From the NCBI GenBank assembly GCA_022827625.1, contig JAJEIE010000027.1, positions 174,827 to 238,826 on the forward strand: a stretch of 64,000 nt of DNA, read 5' to 3'. This document shows, one piece after another, positions 27,458 through 37,187 of this stretch (the first letter of the stretch is position 1; each line of letters opens with the position of its first letter). The stretch comes from Candidatus Poribacteria bacterium. GTDB taxonomy: Bacteria > Poribacteria > WGA-4E > WGA-3G. The position numbers and the translations under genes are program-made. The notes below the pieces were generated by a model that worked only from the letters and a program-made list of their open reading frames with translations, was not told the DNA's origin and made no database searches.

Positions 27458-28153
27458 CTAAAATAAAGAGAGATCATTAGCCTCAAGCGGGGCAATACAT
27501 CCTGGTGAATCATTCGTGGGACGATTGACGAATCTCGATACTGGATACGCCTCCATTTCCTCACCGGGGTAAGGAATAAGGAGGGGTTGAAGGACATCTA
27601 CTGACTGCTCATCTGGCGAGAGCCACTGGGCATAAGCGTCAGCTGGTAGGATGACAGGCATCCTGTGATGAATTTCCTCCAAGAAAGCGTTCGGTGGACA
27701 TGTAATAATCGTACAAGATTTCAGAGGTTCATCCATATCCTTCGCCTGCCATACCTCCCATAATCCTGCTACCGCGAAAGGTTTTTGCGATTTGAGACGG
27801 ATGTACACGGGCTGTTTGGCTCTCTCGCCGGGAATCTTTTGCCATTCATAATAGCCGTCCGCTAAGACGAGACACCTTCTACGTTTATAGGCGTTGCGAA
27901 AAGACGGTTTCTCCACAAGCGTCTCCGAACGGGCATTAATCATCCGATTTCCGATCTTCGGGTCTTTCGCCCAAGATGGAATGAGGCCCCAATGAAAAAA
28001 TTCTGCCTGCTTCTCACGGGTGTTGGGGACAGCCGCTATATCCTGTGTCGGTGAAATGTTGTAGCGAGGCGACAAATTCATCGGCACTTCAAAGTCGAAG
28101 AAAACTTGCTGTAGGGTTTCAGCGTCGCTTGCCAGCGTAAATCGTCCACACAT
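27458..28153 (-). CDS. SOS response-associated peptidase (SRAP/YedK, abasic-site processing protein)
   Basis: Starts 'MCGRF' (catalytic Cys2) at 28153 and contains 'HWGLIPSWAKD'. The annotated ORF start was trimmed from 28252. Confidence 0.8.
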   Translation of the reverse strand: MCGRFTLASDAETLQQVFFDFEVPMNLSPRYNISPTQDIAAVPNTREKQAEFFHWGLIPSWAKDPKIGNRMINARSETLVEKPSFRNAYKRRRCLVLADGYYEWQKIPGERAKQPVYIRLKSQKPFAVAGLWEVWQAKDMDEPLKSCTIITCPPNAFLEEIHHRMPVILPADAYAQWLSPDEQSVDVLQPLLIPYPGEEMEAYPVSRFVNRPTNDSPGCIAPLEANDLSLF

Positions 28154-28181
28154 TTTTTTCTCCTGAAGTGGTTGTGTGCGT

Positions 28182-29021
28182 CTATGTCCGCTTTTTCGGT
28201 TGAGGCACAAGAACGTCATCTCGCCACCGGAGCCGGAAAGACGGGCGGACAAGTGCCTCCGGCGATTGGAGTGTTAGGCCACCGTCTGCAGTCAACACGA
28301 TGCCGGTAACGAAATCCGCCTCATCGGAAGCCAAGAAGAGCGCAGCGTTGGCAATATCTTCAGGTTTCCCGTAGCGACCGATTGGATAGCAATCCCGAGA
28401 GGCTTGTTCTTCCAGGTCGTCCTCAGCAAGAGAGGCTCTACCGCGTTCCCCAACGATCTGTCCGGGGGCAATAGCGTTCGCACGGATACCGTCCCTACCA
28501 TAATCGAGGGCAATGCTCCGAGTCAAGGCGTTCAAGCCGCCTTTTCCTGCACCATAGAGTCCAAACCCCGGATTTGTAATCGTAGCGTTAACGGTAGAGA
28601 TAAATACCAAAGCACCCCCGCCGTTACGGATCATTTCTGGGATACAATACTTCGCACCGAGCCATGGACCCCCAAGGGTTACACCAAGGCTTTCATTCCA
28701 TTCTTCGCGTGTGAATTCAATGGCTTTTTTCGTGTAGGAGTGTGCCGCATTGTGGACAAGCGTTGTTATTTTACCGTAGTTTGACAAAGCCGTTCCAACG
28801 AGTTTCTGCCAAGTCGTCTCATCGGCGACGTCGCCCATAACAGAAACTGCCTCGCCACCAGCATCCTGAATGTGTTGGACGGTTTCAGCGAGTTTTTCTT
28901 CTCGGCGGCGCGTGTTGACAACCACTTTCGCACCTTCACAGGCAAATCTGTAAGCAGTCGCCGCGCCAATACCACCCCAAGCAGCACCGGCGACAATAGC
29001 AACTTTTCCTTCCAATCTCAT
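28182..29021 (-). CDS. SDR-family oxidoreductase
   Basis: Has 'GKVAIVAGAAWGGIG', 'NAA', an 'YGAGKGG' (YxxxK) motif and 'IRANAIAPG'. Confidence 0.8.
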   Translation of the reverse strand: MRLEGKVAIVAGAAWGGIGAATAYRFACEGAKVVVNTRRREEKLAETVQHIQDAGGEAVSVMGDVADETTWQKLVGTALSNYGKITTLVHNAAHSYTKKAIEFTREEWNESLGVTLGGPWLGAKYCIPEMIRNGGGALVFISTVNATITNPGFGLYGAGKGGLNALTRSIALDYGRDGIRANAIAPGQIVGERGRASLAEDDLEEQASRDCYPIGRYGKPEDIANAALFLASDEADFVTGIVLTADGGLTLQSPEALVRPSFRLRWRDDVLVPQPKKRT

Positions 29022-29092
29022 ATTTAAATCCCTTTCCTGATGATTCTACAAACTATCAACTATTATACCATATTTTTCATTTTTGTGCTACA

Positions 29093-29485
29093 ATGATAAC
29101 AATCGTAATGAAGGGAGAGACTTGTGTGAAATCATCAGTAGAAGAATGGCTTGACAATTGCATCAAAAAACTCAACGCAGGCGAGTTGACTGAGGTTGAT
29201 CTACGCCAGATAACAACCGCTTTGGATTCGGAGAAGCAACTGCTCCTCTACCTCTATTCCAAATCAACGAATCTACGTTCACCGCTTGGGGCGTGGGCGT
29301 TGTACGACGCAACCGCACCCGATGAACCTATGCTACCCTCGCAAGAAGCACCCTATGCGTCTGTACTGGATGCGGTTAACGACGGGTGGCGGATCGTCCA
29401 ATTTCCGCGCCCCGAACTCTATAACTTTACGGATGTTGATAACGCCTATCTTACTTATGAGTTTATTTTAGAGAAATTTGTCTAA
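29093..29485 (+). CDS. Hypothetical protein
   Basis: ORF only. Confidence 0.35.
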   Translation: MITIVMKGETCVKSSVEEWLDNCIKKLNAGELTEVDLRQITTALDSEKQLLLYLYSKSTNLRSPLGAWALYDATAPDEPMLPSQEAPYASVLDAVNDGWRIVQFPRPELYNFTDVDNAYLTYEFILEKFV

Positions 29486-29497
29486 AGGAATTACAAA

Positions 29498-30292
29498 ATG
29501 ATTAACGTTGAACCGACGCTAAACGATCATGATGTTAGGCAGTTTATCCATAACGGTTATATCACATTGGAAAGTGTTGTTGATCTGGATTTCAATCAAG
29601 AATGTGAATCGGTGCCGGGTGGACATCTCACGGATTTTGTTCTTACAGACGAGTTTCGCCGAAACGTCCTGTTACATCCAGAGGTCGCTGGCGTAGTCCG
29701 TTCATTATTAGGCGCGAATTTCCTCGTGCCAACGAGCGCACACCATCATCTCTTTGAAGCGGCGCACCGCGGGCAGACATGGCACTCCGATGGACTTACG
29801 GAATACGGATACGGTATCACGCATCTGCAATGCTACTACTACCCGAAAGAGGTGAAGATCGAAGATGGACCGACAATGATATTGCCCGGTTCGCACCATC
29901 GCTTGGTGGATCGAGAGGCAATCGCGCATTACGGCGATATTCTCGGTCAACTCTCACTCACCGTTCCAGCAGGCACCGTCGCTATGACACGCTATGGCAT
30001 TTGGCATAAGGCAGGTCCGAAGTTGAATGCCGATAGACGCGGTATGATTAAATTCTCCTATTTCCGAACGGCGATGCCTAAGCGGGATTGGGTCCGGGAT
30101 TCCGATGAGATTCCACCCTATCAACACGCTGGCAGGCATCCGTATGTCACGGAGGTAGAGTCCTACCGCGATCGACGAAGAGGTGAATTGACATGGAACT
30201 GGCTCTGCGGATTGACAGAAGTCGAGGAAGAGATTCCACCGATACAGATGTTTAACAGTGGAATCCCGTTATCAGAGATTCGACTTCAGTAG
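29498..30292 (+). CDS. Phytanoyl-CoA dioxygenase (PhyH) family Fe(II)/2-oxoglutarate-dependent oxygenase
   Basis: Has 'WHSDG' (HxD), 'TMILPGSHH' and 'YGIWHKAG'. Confidence 0.65.
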   Translation: MINVEPTLNDHDVRQFIHNGYITLESVVDLDFNQECESVPGGHLTDFVLTDEFRRNVLLHPEVAGVVRSLLGANFLVPTSAHHHLFEAAHRGQTWHSDGLTEYGYGITHLQCYYYPKEVKIEDGPTMILPGSHHRLVDREAIAHYGDILGQLSLTVPAGTVAMTRYGIWHKAGPKLNADRRGMIKFSYFRTAMPKRDWVRDSDEIPPYQHAGRHPYVTEVESYRDRRRGELTWNWLCGLTEVEEEIPPIQMFNSGIPLSEIRLQ

Positions 30293-30310
30293 AAGCGGTC
30301 TGTCCTTTGG

Positions 30311-31108
30311 TTAGCGCGCACCGCATGCTTGTAAACACGCCTGCATGTGTCCACGCGATTCTGCAGCAATCGTGCAGCACTGCGCTAAACTATACTCTCT
30401 CGCACCGATTACCTCAAGGTTCAGCGGACCGGTATAGCCGTTCTCATGTAGAACACGGATATAACCCACAAGGTCGATATCCCCGCGTCCGTTCGCTTGT
30501 AGCTCAGGGGCACCAGGACCCCGTTCCATCCCCTTGCAATCCCGGATATGCACATGTTTGACACGCGAGATCACGGCAGCGATCGCTTCAACAGGATTTT
30601 CACCCGCGCGATGGATGTGCGACGGATCCATGTCAATCCCAAATGCTGGCGACGAGATTTCTTCCATAGCACGGAGTGTTGTGGGTGTGTTATAGATGCT
30701 GGCACCAACGTGTGCCTTGACACAGAGCGTTACGCCGTAGTGTTCTGCACGCGCTGAAAGGCTACCCAGCGAATCAACCACCTCGGGCCAAGCAGATTCA
30801 TCATCCGATGCGCCACCCGGACCACAGTTAATAATAGGGATACCTATCTCGGCTGCCGCTTGGAATGCGAGTTCCATGCGTTCCGGGTCGCGTGAGGGCT
30901 GCTCCATCGCCAGGGGTTCAAGTTCATAATCTTTCACGAGGCGTTTGATGTCGCCAGCGAGTTCTTGCCAGTTCGCGAGGACAAGATGCTGACTCATCCC
31001 ATCAATCGCCGAGAGTTCAATGCCGTCGTAACCAGCCATGGCAATGTATTTGAAGGCGGTTTCCATATCGTAACCGCCAAACAGCACTGAATTTGCTCCT
31101 AATTTCAA
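30311..31108 (-). CDS. Sugar phosphate isomerase/epimerase (xylose-isomerase-like TIM barrel)
   Basis: Has 'MKLGANSVLF', 'AMAGYDGIEL' and 'HVHIRDCKG', typical of AP-endonuclease-2/XI-like TIM barrels. Confidence 0.7.
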   Translation of the reverse strand: MKLGANSVLFGGYDMETAFKYIAMAGYDGIELSAIDGMSQHLVLANWQELAGDIKRLVKDYELEPLAMEQPSRDPERMELAFQAAAEIGIPIINCGPGGASDDESAWPEVVDSLGSLSARAEHYGVTLCVKAHVGASIYNTPTTLRAMEEISSPAFGIDMDPSHIHRAGENPVEAIAAVISRVKHVHIRDCKGMERGPGAPELQANGRGDIDLVGYIRVLHENGYTGPLNLEVIGAREYSLAQCCTIAAESRGHMQACLQACGAR

Positions 31109-31155
31109 ATGTAATTTCTCCTTACATAGGGGCAGTTGTTACCCCGTTTGTTCAA

Positions 31156-32238
31156 TTATCCCTTTAGTGACGGAAGCGGTTGTGGACGCACCAAGATACC
31201 GCCCTGCTCGTAGGATTCTATCGCTGCCCAGGTATATTCAAGTGCTGCAAGCGCATCTCTGCCAGAGGCACGCAGCTGTTCTTTCGGCACACCGTTTGTG
31301 ATGTCCTCTAAGAACGCATGAATCCGCAACGGGAACGTCTCACCGAAGTCGCTGATACCAGATTCGGTGACAATCGGTTCTGTATCAGGGAAATCCGGGG
31401 CACCCGGGGAGGGCCAGTATGTTACTTTCTCAATGCAGTTTTCGATACAGAAGGTACCACGCGTGCCAGCGAGTTCAACACTCCACCAGCCGCCGAGACC
31501 GAATGTCGCATCGCCGCGTTGGCTCAGGAGATAACCGATACATCCATTTTCAAACCGGAGATGGATGCCGTTAATGGAGACCATCAGATCTCCCGTATTA
31601 CGCCTAAAATGCGGACGTTCCATGAAGGCTTGCACATGCGTTATATCGCCACAGAAATGGCGCATCACACTGAACGGGTGTGACAAGAAGGCTTTCACGT
31701 GAAAATACGGGAACCCGTCAGAACGCGGGGCTTTTGCGTAACTATAGTTGAATTCGCCGCCGGGAAATCCCATTTTGTGAAGACAGTAGACCATCTCACC
31801 GATGTGTCCATCATCGATATATTTTTTCGCTTGCTCTGCGGGGGGTGTGAAATAGTGGTTCAGATTACAACCGAGATAGAGGTCCTCTGCCGCGGCTTTC
31901 GCGACCATTTCCCGCGCTTGCCCGATGTCGTTAGAAATCGGTTTCTCGACGAGAACGTGTTTCCCGTTATCGAGTGCCTCCATCGTCGGTTCGTAGTGCC
32001 AACTCCCGTTTTCATATCCGCCGGTGCCAACATCAACGATGTCTAAATCCGGCTCACCATCAATCATGTCAGCTAAACTGTAATATGCCTTTACGCCGAG
32101 ACGTTCCGCTGCGCTATCCGCTCGCTCTTTCACAATATCGCAGACAGCAACCAGTTCCGCTAAATCATCATTCGCGTGACAATTCGCGTGATTATTCCCA
32201 ATGCCGCTCATGCCGACAACGCCAACTTTTAATGCCAT
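31156..32238 (-). CDS. Gfo/Idh/MocA-family NAD(P)-dependent oxidoreductase
   Basis: Has an N-terminal Rossmann 'LKVGVVGMSGIGNNH' and 'HVLVEKP'. Confidence 0.75.
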   Translation of the reverse strand: MALKVGVVGMSGIGNNHANCHANDDLAELVAVCDIVKERADSAAERLGVKAYYSLADMIDGEPDLDIVDVGTGGYENGSWHYEPTMEALDNGKHVLVEKPISNDIGQAREMVAKAAAEDLYLGCNLNHYFTPPAEQAKKYIDDGHIGEMVYCLHKMGFPGGEFNYSYAKAPRSDGFPYFHVKAFLSHPFSVMRHFCGDITHVQAFMERPHFRRNTGDLMVSINGIHLRFENGCIGYLLSQRGDATFGLGGWWSVELAGTRGTFCIENCIEKVTYWPSPGAPDFPDTEPIVTESGISDFGETFPLRIHAFLEDITNGVPKEQLRASGRDALAALEYTWAAIESYEQGGILVRPQPLPSLKG

Positions 32239-32433
32239 TTCGTTGTTCCTTCCAATAGATACAGTTTGGTCTCACTTGTAGCGAGAACTCGCGATCCGAA
32301 TATAACCTTGTGAGTAATACGCTACGGTAGATTTTATACCTTCATTATAAGCGCATTCGCGGTTTTGTCAATAGATATATTTGGAAATGCACTTGACAGT
32401 ATTCCGAAGATATGCTATTTTCTCATGTAAACA

Positions 32434-33549
32434 GTGCTCGCGGAGGAAAAGCGAATGAGTATCAGTGTCGGGATGGTAGGTTTAGGAATGTTCGGACCCT
32501 CGTTTATCCAGTCGTATAAATCGCACCCGGATGTGCATCGACTGGCACTATGTGATTTGCGATCAGACAGGTTGTCAAAGTGGGCAAAACAGTTTGAGAT
32601 TTCCGAAACATATTCCAACCTTGATGAGATATGCAAATCGGACTTAGACGCGCTCGTGATTATAACTCAGCATTGGATGCACGCACCCCAGGCAATTCAA
32701 GCCATGGAGTCAGGGAAGCACGTCTATACTGCCGTTCCTGCCGCGGCGTCCTTAGATGAATGCGAGGCACTCGTTAGGACTGTTGAACGGACAGGAATGA
32801 TCTATATGAACGGTGAGACGAGTTATTTCCGACCAGAAACTGCCTTTTGTCGTCAGAAAGCTGCAGAGGGGGCATTCGGGGAGTTCGTTCACTGCCGTGC
32901 AGAATATTTTCACGACATGGACCACGGACTCTACGATGTGGCAAAAAATCGGTGGGGCGCAGATTTCGGGCGAGATAAAATGGGTGGCATTCCGATGCAC
33001 TATCCGACGCATTCAACCTGTTTCCCAATCTCCGTTATGAAGGCGCACGCCACATCGGTTTCAGCACAAGGGTATGTCTACCCAAACGACGACTGGTTTC
33101 GGGAGGATACCATCCACAAAAATCGGTTTTCTAATGAGGTCGGGCTTTTCACAATGAGCAATGGTGCAACGATGCAGATATGTGAGTTCAGGCGAGTTGG
33201 GCATCCCGGTTCCGAACGCGTCAGCGGTATTTATGGAACAGAGGGGAGTTACGAGCAAAGCCTCGCCGGCAGTGTCTGGACAACTAAAAACGAAAGGGAG
33301 ATCGTCGAGCCTTCAAGATTACATGAGGACCTGCCTGAACCCCTCATAGCAGATCTCGGTGGACATGGCGGTTCGCACGCCTATCTCGTCCACGAATTTG
33401 TTGATGCCGTCAATCGTCAACGCTTGCCGCGGGTCAACGTTTGGGAAGCAGTTCGGTATTGCGCACCCGGATTTGTCGCACACCAGTCGGCGCTACGAGA
33501 TGGAGAGTTGCTGCCGGTTCCTGACTGGGGAGACGCACCAGAAATTTAA
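32434..33549 (+). CDS. Gfo/Idh/MocA-family oxidoreductase
   Basis: Has 'ISVGMVGLGMFG' and 'HVYTAVPAA'. The start may instead be at 32455. Confidence 0.7.
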   Translation: MLAEEKRMSISVGMVGLGMFGPSFIQSYKSHPDVHRLALCDLRSDRLSKWAKQFEISETYSNLDEICKSDLDALVIITQHWMHAPQAIQAMESGKHVYTAVPAAASLDECEALVRTVERTGMIYMNGETSYFRPETAFCRQKAAEGAFGEFVHCRAEYFHDMDHGLYDVAKNRWGADFGRDKMGGIPMHYPTHSTCFPISVMKAHATSVSAQGYVYPNDDWFREDTIHKNRFSNEVGLFTMSNGATMQICEFRRVGHPGSERVSGIYGTEGSYEQSLAGSVWTTKNEREIVEPSRLHEDLPEPLIADLGGHGGSHAYLVHEFVDAVNRQRLPRVNVWEAVRYCAPGFVAHQSALRDGELLPVPDWGDAPEI

Positions 33550-33564
33550 AATAGCAGATAAGGC

Positions 33565-33594
33565 TTGACTTTTTATTTCATTTTATGGTATACT
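33565..33594 (+). promoter_or_regulatory. Sigma-70-type promoter (TTGACT-18nt-TATACT) upstream of the sulfite reductase gene
   Basis: Hexamers read directly from the sequence. The implied 5'UTR is about 125 nt. Confidence 0.5.
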
Positions 33595-33722
33595 ACTCTT
33601 TTTAAAAGGTTTCTGCTGGGGAATACTGTGCAATATGAGTTTGCAGGCTTCACCTAAATAGAAAGCAATCGAACATGAATCAACGCACACTACGAATCTG
33701 AGGTTACTACAAGGAGTACAGA

Positions 33723-36170
33723 ATGGCTATTGAACACGCGGGTCCCTACGATGCATCGGCGATTCTGCCAGATGAAGCCCGCGCCATTGAAATTTACGAG
33801 ATCCAACTCGGTCGGGTACAAGCCGGCCAGGTCGAAGAGACCCTCTTTACCGAATTTAGACTTCGGCACGGGGTTTACGGACAACGCGATGATCGGTCGC
33901 AGATGATCCGTGTCAAAATCCCTTTCGGCGGACTCACAGCTGTCCAACTCGAAATGCTGGCGGATGTTGCCGAAGAATTTTCCGATAACATTATTCACAT
34001 CACTACCCGTCAAGATGTGCAATATCATTACGTAGACATCAACAACACGCCGGAACTGATGCGTCGTCTCGCAAGTGTAGACATTACGACAAAAGAAGCG
34101 TGTGGTAATGTCGTGCGGAACGTCACAGCATGTCCGCTCAGTGGTGTCTGCCAAGATGAGACGTTTGATGTAACACCCTACTCTAAAGCGTTATCTGCAT
34201 TTCTTTTGGGGCACCCGGATGCTCAGGATTTCGGACGTAAGTTCAAAATCGCATTCTCCGGTTGCGAAGAACACGCCTGCGGCTTGGCAAATATGCACGA
34301 CATCGGGGCGGTTGCTGCTGTTAAAGAGGTAGATGGTGAAGTCAAACGCGGCTTTAGACTCTACGTCGGTGGTGGACTCGGTGCCGTCCCACATCAAGCG
34401 AAGATTTTCGACGATTTCGTTTCAGCAGAGGAACTCCTCCCGATTTCACAGTCAATTTGCAGAGTCTTCACCCGTTTAGGTGAACGCAGAAATCGGAATA
34501 AGGCACGCCTGAAGTTCGTCATTGCTAAATACGGCATTGAAGAATTCAAGAGACAGGTGCTTGAAGATCGGGCGACCCTACGCCACGATCCAGCATGGAC
34601 TGCGTATCTGGACAATCTCGACGCTTACACGGAAAGTCCGCTCAAGGCACCAACGCAGCTCAACGGCACGGCGAAACCCGATGGGTTTGAAGAGTGGTAT
34701 CAATCTAACGTCCGGTTACAGAGCCAACCCGGCTACGCTTTTGTGACGATTACGCTGCCGCTTGGCGATATTACGGCGGATCAGACGCGTGCTTTGGCAG
34801 ATATTTCGCGGAAATACGTTAAAGATACTATCCGCGCCACAGTTGAGCAAAACATTGTGCTGCGCTGGGTAACGATGACGGATTTGCCAGCACTCTATCG
34901 CGAACTCAAAGCGATCGGTCTCGGTGATCCGGGGGCGGAATCTATGGTGGATATTACGGCTTGCCCGGGTACGGATTCTTGCAAACTCGGTGTTTCTTCT
35001 TCACGGGGGCTCGCAGCGCACCTACGCAGCCATTTCATTGAAGCCGGTGTGCAGAATGAAATCAAAGACTTTCGGATTAAGATTAGTGGATGCCCCAATT
35101 CCTGTGGGCAGCATCACATCGCGAACATTGGTTTCTTCGGTTCATCTCGTCGGATGGGTGAACATATCGCACCCTTCTATCAGGTTCTGCTCGGTGGACA
35201 CATGATTGAAAACGCCAGTTCCTACGGACTTGCTACTGGCAAAATCCACGGTAAGTATATCCCGACGTTTATTGAGGAGTTAACGGGGAAGTACACGGCG
35301 GAACGGAATGAAGAAGAATCCTTTACCGATTACGTCGCACGGCTCGGTAAGGCGGAAATCAAGGAGATCTTGTCCAAGTACGATAAGATTCCTACCTACG
35401 AGGAAGCACCGGAATTCTATGTTGACACTGGCGACACGAAGGATTACCAACTCAAAACTGGGGTCGGTGAGTGTGCAGGAGAGGTCGTCGCACTTGTCTC
35501 TATGAAGTTGGAAGAAGCAGATCGGCTTATCTATGAATCTGGCTTAAGTTTGGAGAAGGGTGAATATCAGGATTCTGCAGGGATGGCTTTTGATGCAATG
35601 ATAAGAGCCGCCGATGGACTGCTGACAACGGCGGGTTTACAATATATTGACAATGCCACCACTGTCAACGAATTCCGCACCCACTTCTTTGAACCCGGTA
35701 ACTTCTTCCCGGGTTACGGTGCCCATATCTTCAAGGCGACGGAAGAAGATAGCTCTACGTTTGATCACGAATTGGCACACCGTCGGGTTGAAGAAGCCAC
35801 CCTCTTTGTAGAGGAATCGCATAACGTCTATAATCGTATGCGCATCAAGCAAGAGGAAGAGGAGGCAAGCCGAAAGGCAGCACGGCGTTCGCGGCGTACA
35901 GCACGGAAACCGAGAGTTGTCAAAAGGGCGAAACCTGTTGAGGAGATCGTTGATAGCATGGATCTCAAAGGTGTCGCTTGCCCGTTCAACTATGTGCAAG
36001 CCAAGATCCGCTTGGAAACGATGGATCTCGGTCAACTCCTTGAGATTACCATTGATGACGGTGAACCGATTGAGAACGTACCGGTAAGCCTTACCAACGA
36101 CGGACACGAGATCGTTGACACGAAGAAGGTCGGAAAACACTACCGCCTTACTATTCGGAAGGGTGAGTAG
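33723..36170 (+). CDS. Ferredoxin-dependent sulfite/nitrite reductase hemoprotein with a C-terminal TusA-like (SirA) domain
   Basis: Has two NIR_SIR ferredoxin-like/4Fe-4S halves ('CGNVVRNVTACP', 'CPGTDSCKLG', 'CPNSCGQHH'). A basic linker 'RKAARRSRRTARKPR' precedes a C-terminal 'GVACPFNYVQAKIRLETMDLGQLLEI', a TusA-like fold. Confidence 0.8.
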   Translation: MAIEHAGPYDASAILPDEARAIEIYEIQLGRVQAGQVEETLFTEFRLRHGVYGQRDDRSQMIRVKIPFGGLTAVQLEMLADVAEEFSDNIIHITTRQDVQYHYVDINNTPELMRRLASVDITTKEACGNVVRNVTACPLSGVCQDETFDVTPYSKALSAFLLGHPDAQDFGRKFKIAFSGCEEHACGLANMHDIGAVAAVKEVDGEVKRGFRLYVGGGLGAVPHQAKIFDDFVSAEELLPISQSICRVFTRLGERRNRNKARLKFVIAKYGIEEFKRQVLEDRATLRHDPAWTAYLDNLDAYTESPLKAPTQLNGTAKPDGFEEWYQSNVRLQSQPGYAFVTITLPLGDITADQTRALADISRKYVKDTIRATVEQNIVLRWVTMTDLPALYRELKAIGLGDPGAESMVDITACPGTDSCKLGVSSSRGLAAHLRSHFIEAGVQNEIKDFRIKISGCPNSCGQHHIANIGFFGSSRRMGEHIAPFYQVLLGGHMIENASSYGLATGKIHGKYIPTFIEELTGKYTAERNEEESFTDYVARLGKAEIKEILSKYDKIPTYEEAPEFYVDTGDTKDYQLKTGVGECAGEVVALVSMKLEEADRLIYESGLSLEKGEYQDSAGMAFDAMIRAADGLLTTAGLQYIDNATTVNEFRTHFFEPGNFFPGYGAHIFKATEEDSSTFDHELAHRRVEEATLFVEESHNVYNRMRIKQEEEEASRKAARRSRRTARKPRVVKRAKPVEEIVDSMDLKGVACPFNYVQAKIRLETMDLGQLLEITIDDGEPIENVPVSLTNDGHEIVDTKKVGKHYRLTIRKGE

Positions 36171-36262
36171 GGTTAATTCCGCACGGATATTGGCGATTAC
36201 CCGTTTGCTGCTAAAATAGGGGTGGGCGTGTAATCGCCTTTTTTCTAATGGGGAGGTCACAT

Positions 36263-36391
36263 TATGGATTCTAAAGAGATGTTTGAAGTGTTACAGCGCG
36301 TGAAAACTTGGCAGCCAGATATGCGTATTGATTTGGCGCGTCGGATTTTGGAGACCGTTGTACCTTCACATCCACCACCCCCCAGACTATG
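36263..36391 (+). CDS. Small ORF (42 aa) with a strong SD (GGGGAGG); possible N-terminal part of a roughly 75-aa protein interrupted at a C6 run
   Basis: Encodes 'MDSKEMFEVLQRVKTWQPDMRIDLARRILETVVPSHPPPP'. A -1 frame continues as 'TLEDIQAIMKTDKPPPTDEECKKIIEEERMKKYG'. Confidence 0.4.
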
Positions 36392-36603
36392 ACCTTGGAA
36401 GACATCCAAGCGATTATGAAAACAGATAAGCCGCCCCCTACTGACGAGGAATGCAAGAAGATTATTGAAGAGGAGCGGATGAAGAAATACGGATGATTCA
36501 CGCGCTAAAACCATAGAACCAGAATATCGCGGGCAACACCTGCCTCCACAAGAAAAGCCCATCGGGGGCATCATATTTATAGAAAAGGAAATTTTTTATC
36601 AGA

Positions 36604-37182
36604 ATGGATCTACAACAGATTAACGTCAAGGTTTTTACAACCGAAGATAGCGAAATCAGCTACACGAACTTCATCAAGGTCTTCAACCGTTGGATGGAGG
36701 AAGCGGATTCGGACGATTACCTCAACTACGCCGACTACTCGCACGTCGATGCGGGACCAGGGGTGCTGTTGATTTTGAAACAAGCCAACTATAGCATTGA
36801 TAACGCTTTCCACGAACACGGTTTCCTCTACAATCGGAAGCATGCAGTCGAAGGAGACAACGCTGGAAAAATTCGTCAAGCACTCACAGAGGTGTTCTCT
36901 AAATGTGAGGATCTTGAAGCAGCGGCGGAGTTGGAAAATGCCGTGCATTTCAACGGCGCAGACCTCCTCTTTATGGTAAATAACCGCCATGTTGCGCCGA
37001 ATACGTCGGAAATCGCAGCTGCTATTCAGGCGGAACTCACGCCTGTTCTTGAGCAGATGTATGGTGGGGACGACTTCACGGTGGAACGGACTTCCGAAGA
37101 TCCGCGCGAACGGTTCGCCTTACGCATCTCCGCAAAATCGGATAAACCGATTTCAGAACTTCTCGCCAATCTGGGAGACTAA
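36604..37182 (+). CDS. Hypothetical protein
   Basis: A 192-aa acidic ORF lying between the sulfite reductase and MoeB genes. Confidence 0.45.
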   Translation: MDLQQINVKVFTTEDSEISYTNFIKVFNRWMEEADSDDYLNYADYSHVDAGPGVLLILKQANYSIDNAFHEHGFLYNRKHAVEGDNAGKIRQALTEVFSKCEDLEAAAELENAVHFNGADLLFMVNNRHVAPNTSEIAAAIQAELTPVLEQMYGGDDFTVERTSEDPRERFALRISAKSDKPISELLANLGD

Positions 37183-37187
37183 GATAC

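Noticed and set aside
36392-36603. Separate ORF 'MKTDKPPPTDEECKKIIEEERMKKYG' considered as an independent small gene
   Set aside because: It has no RBS of its own and continues the -1 frame of the upstream SD-preceded ORF, so it is treated as part of the frameshift finding.
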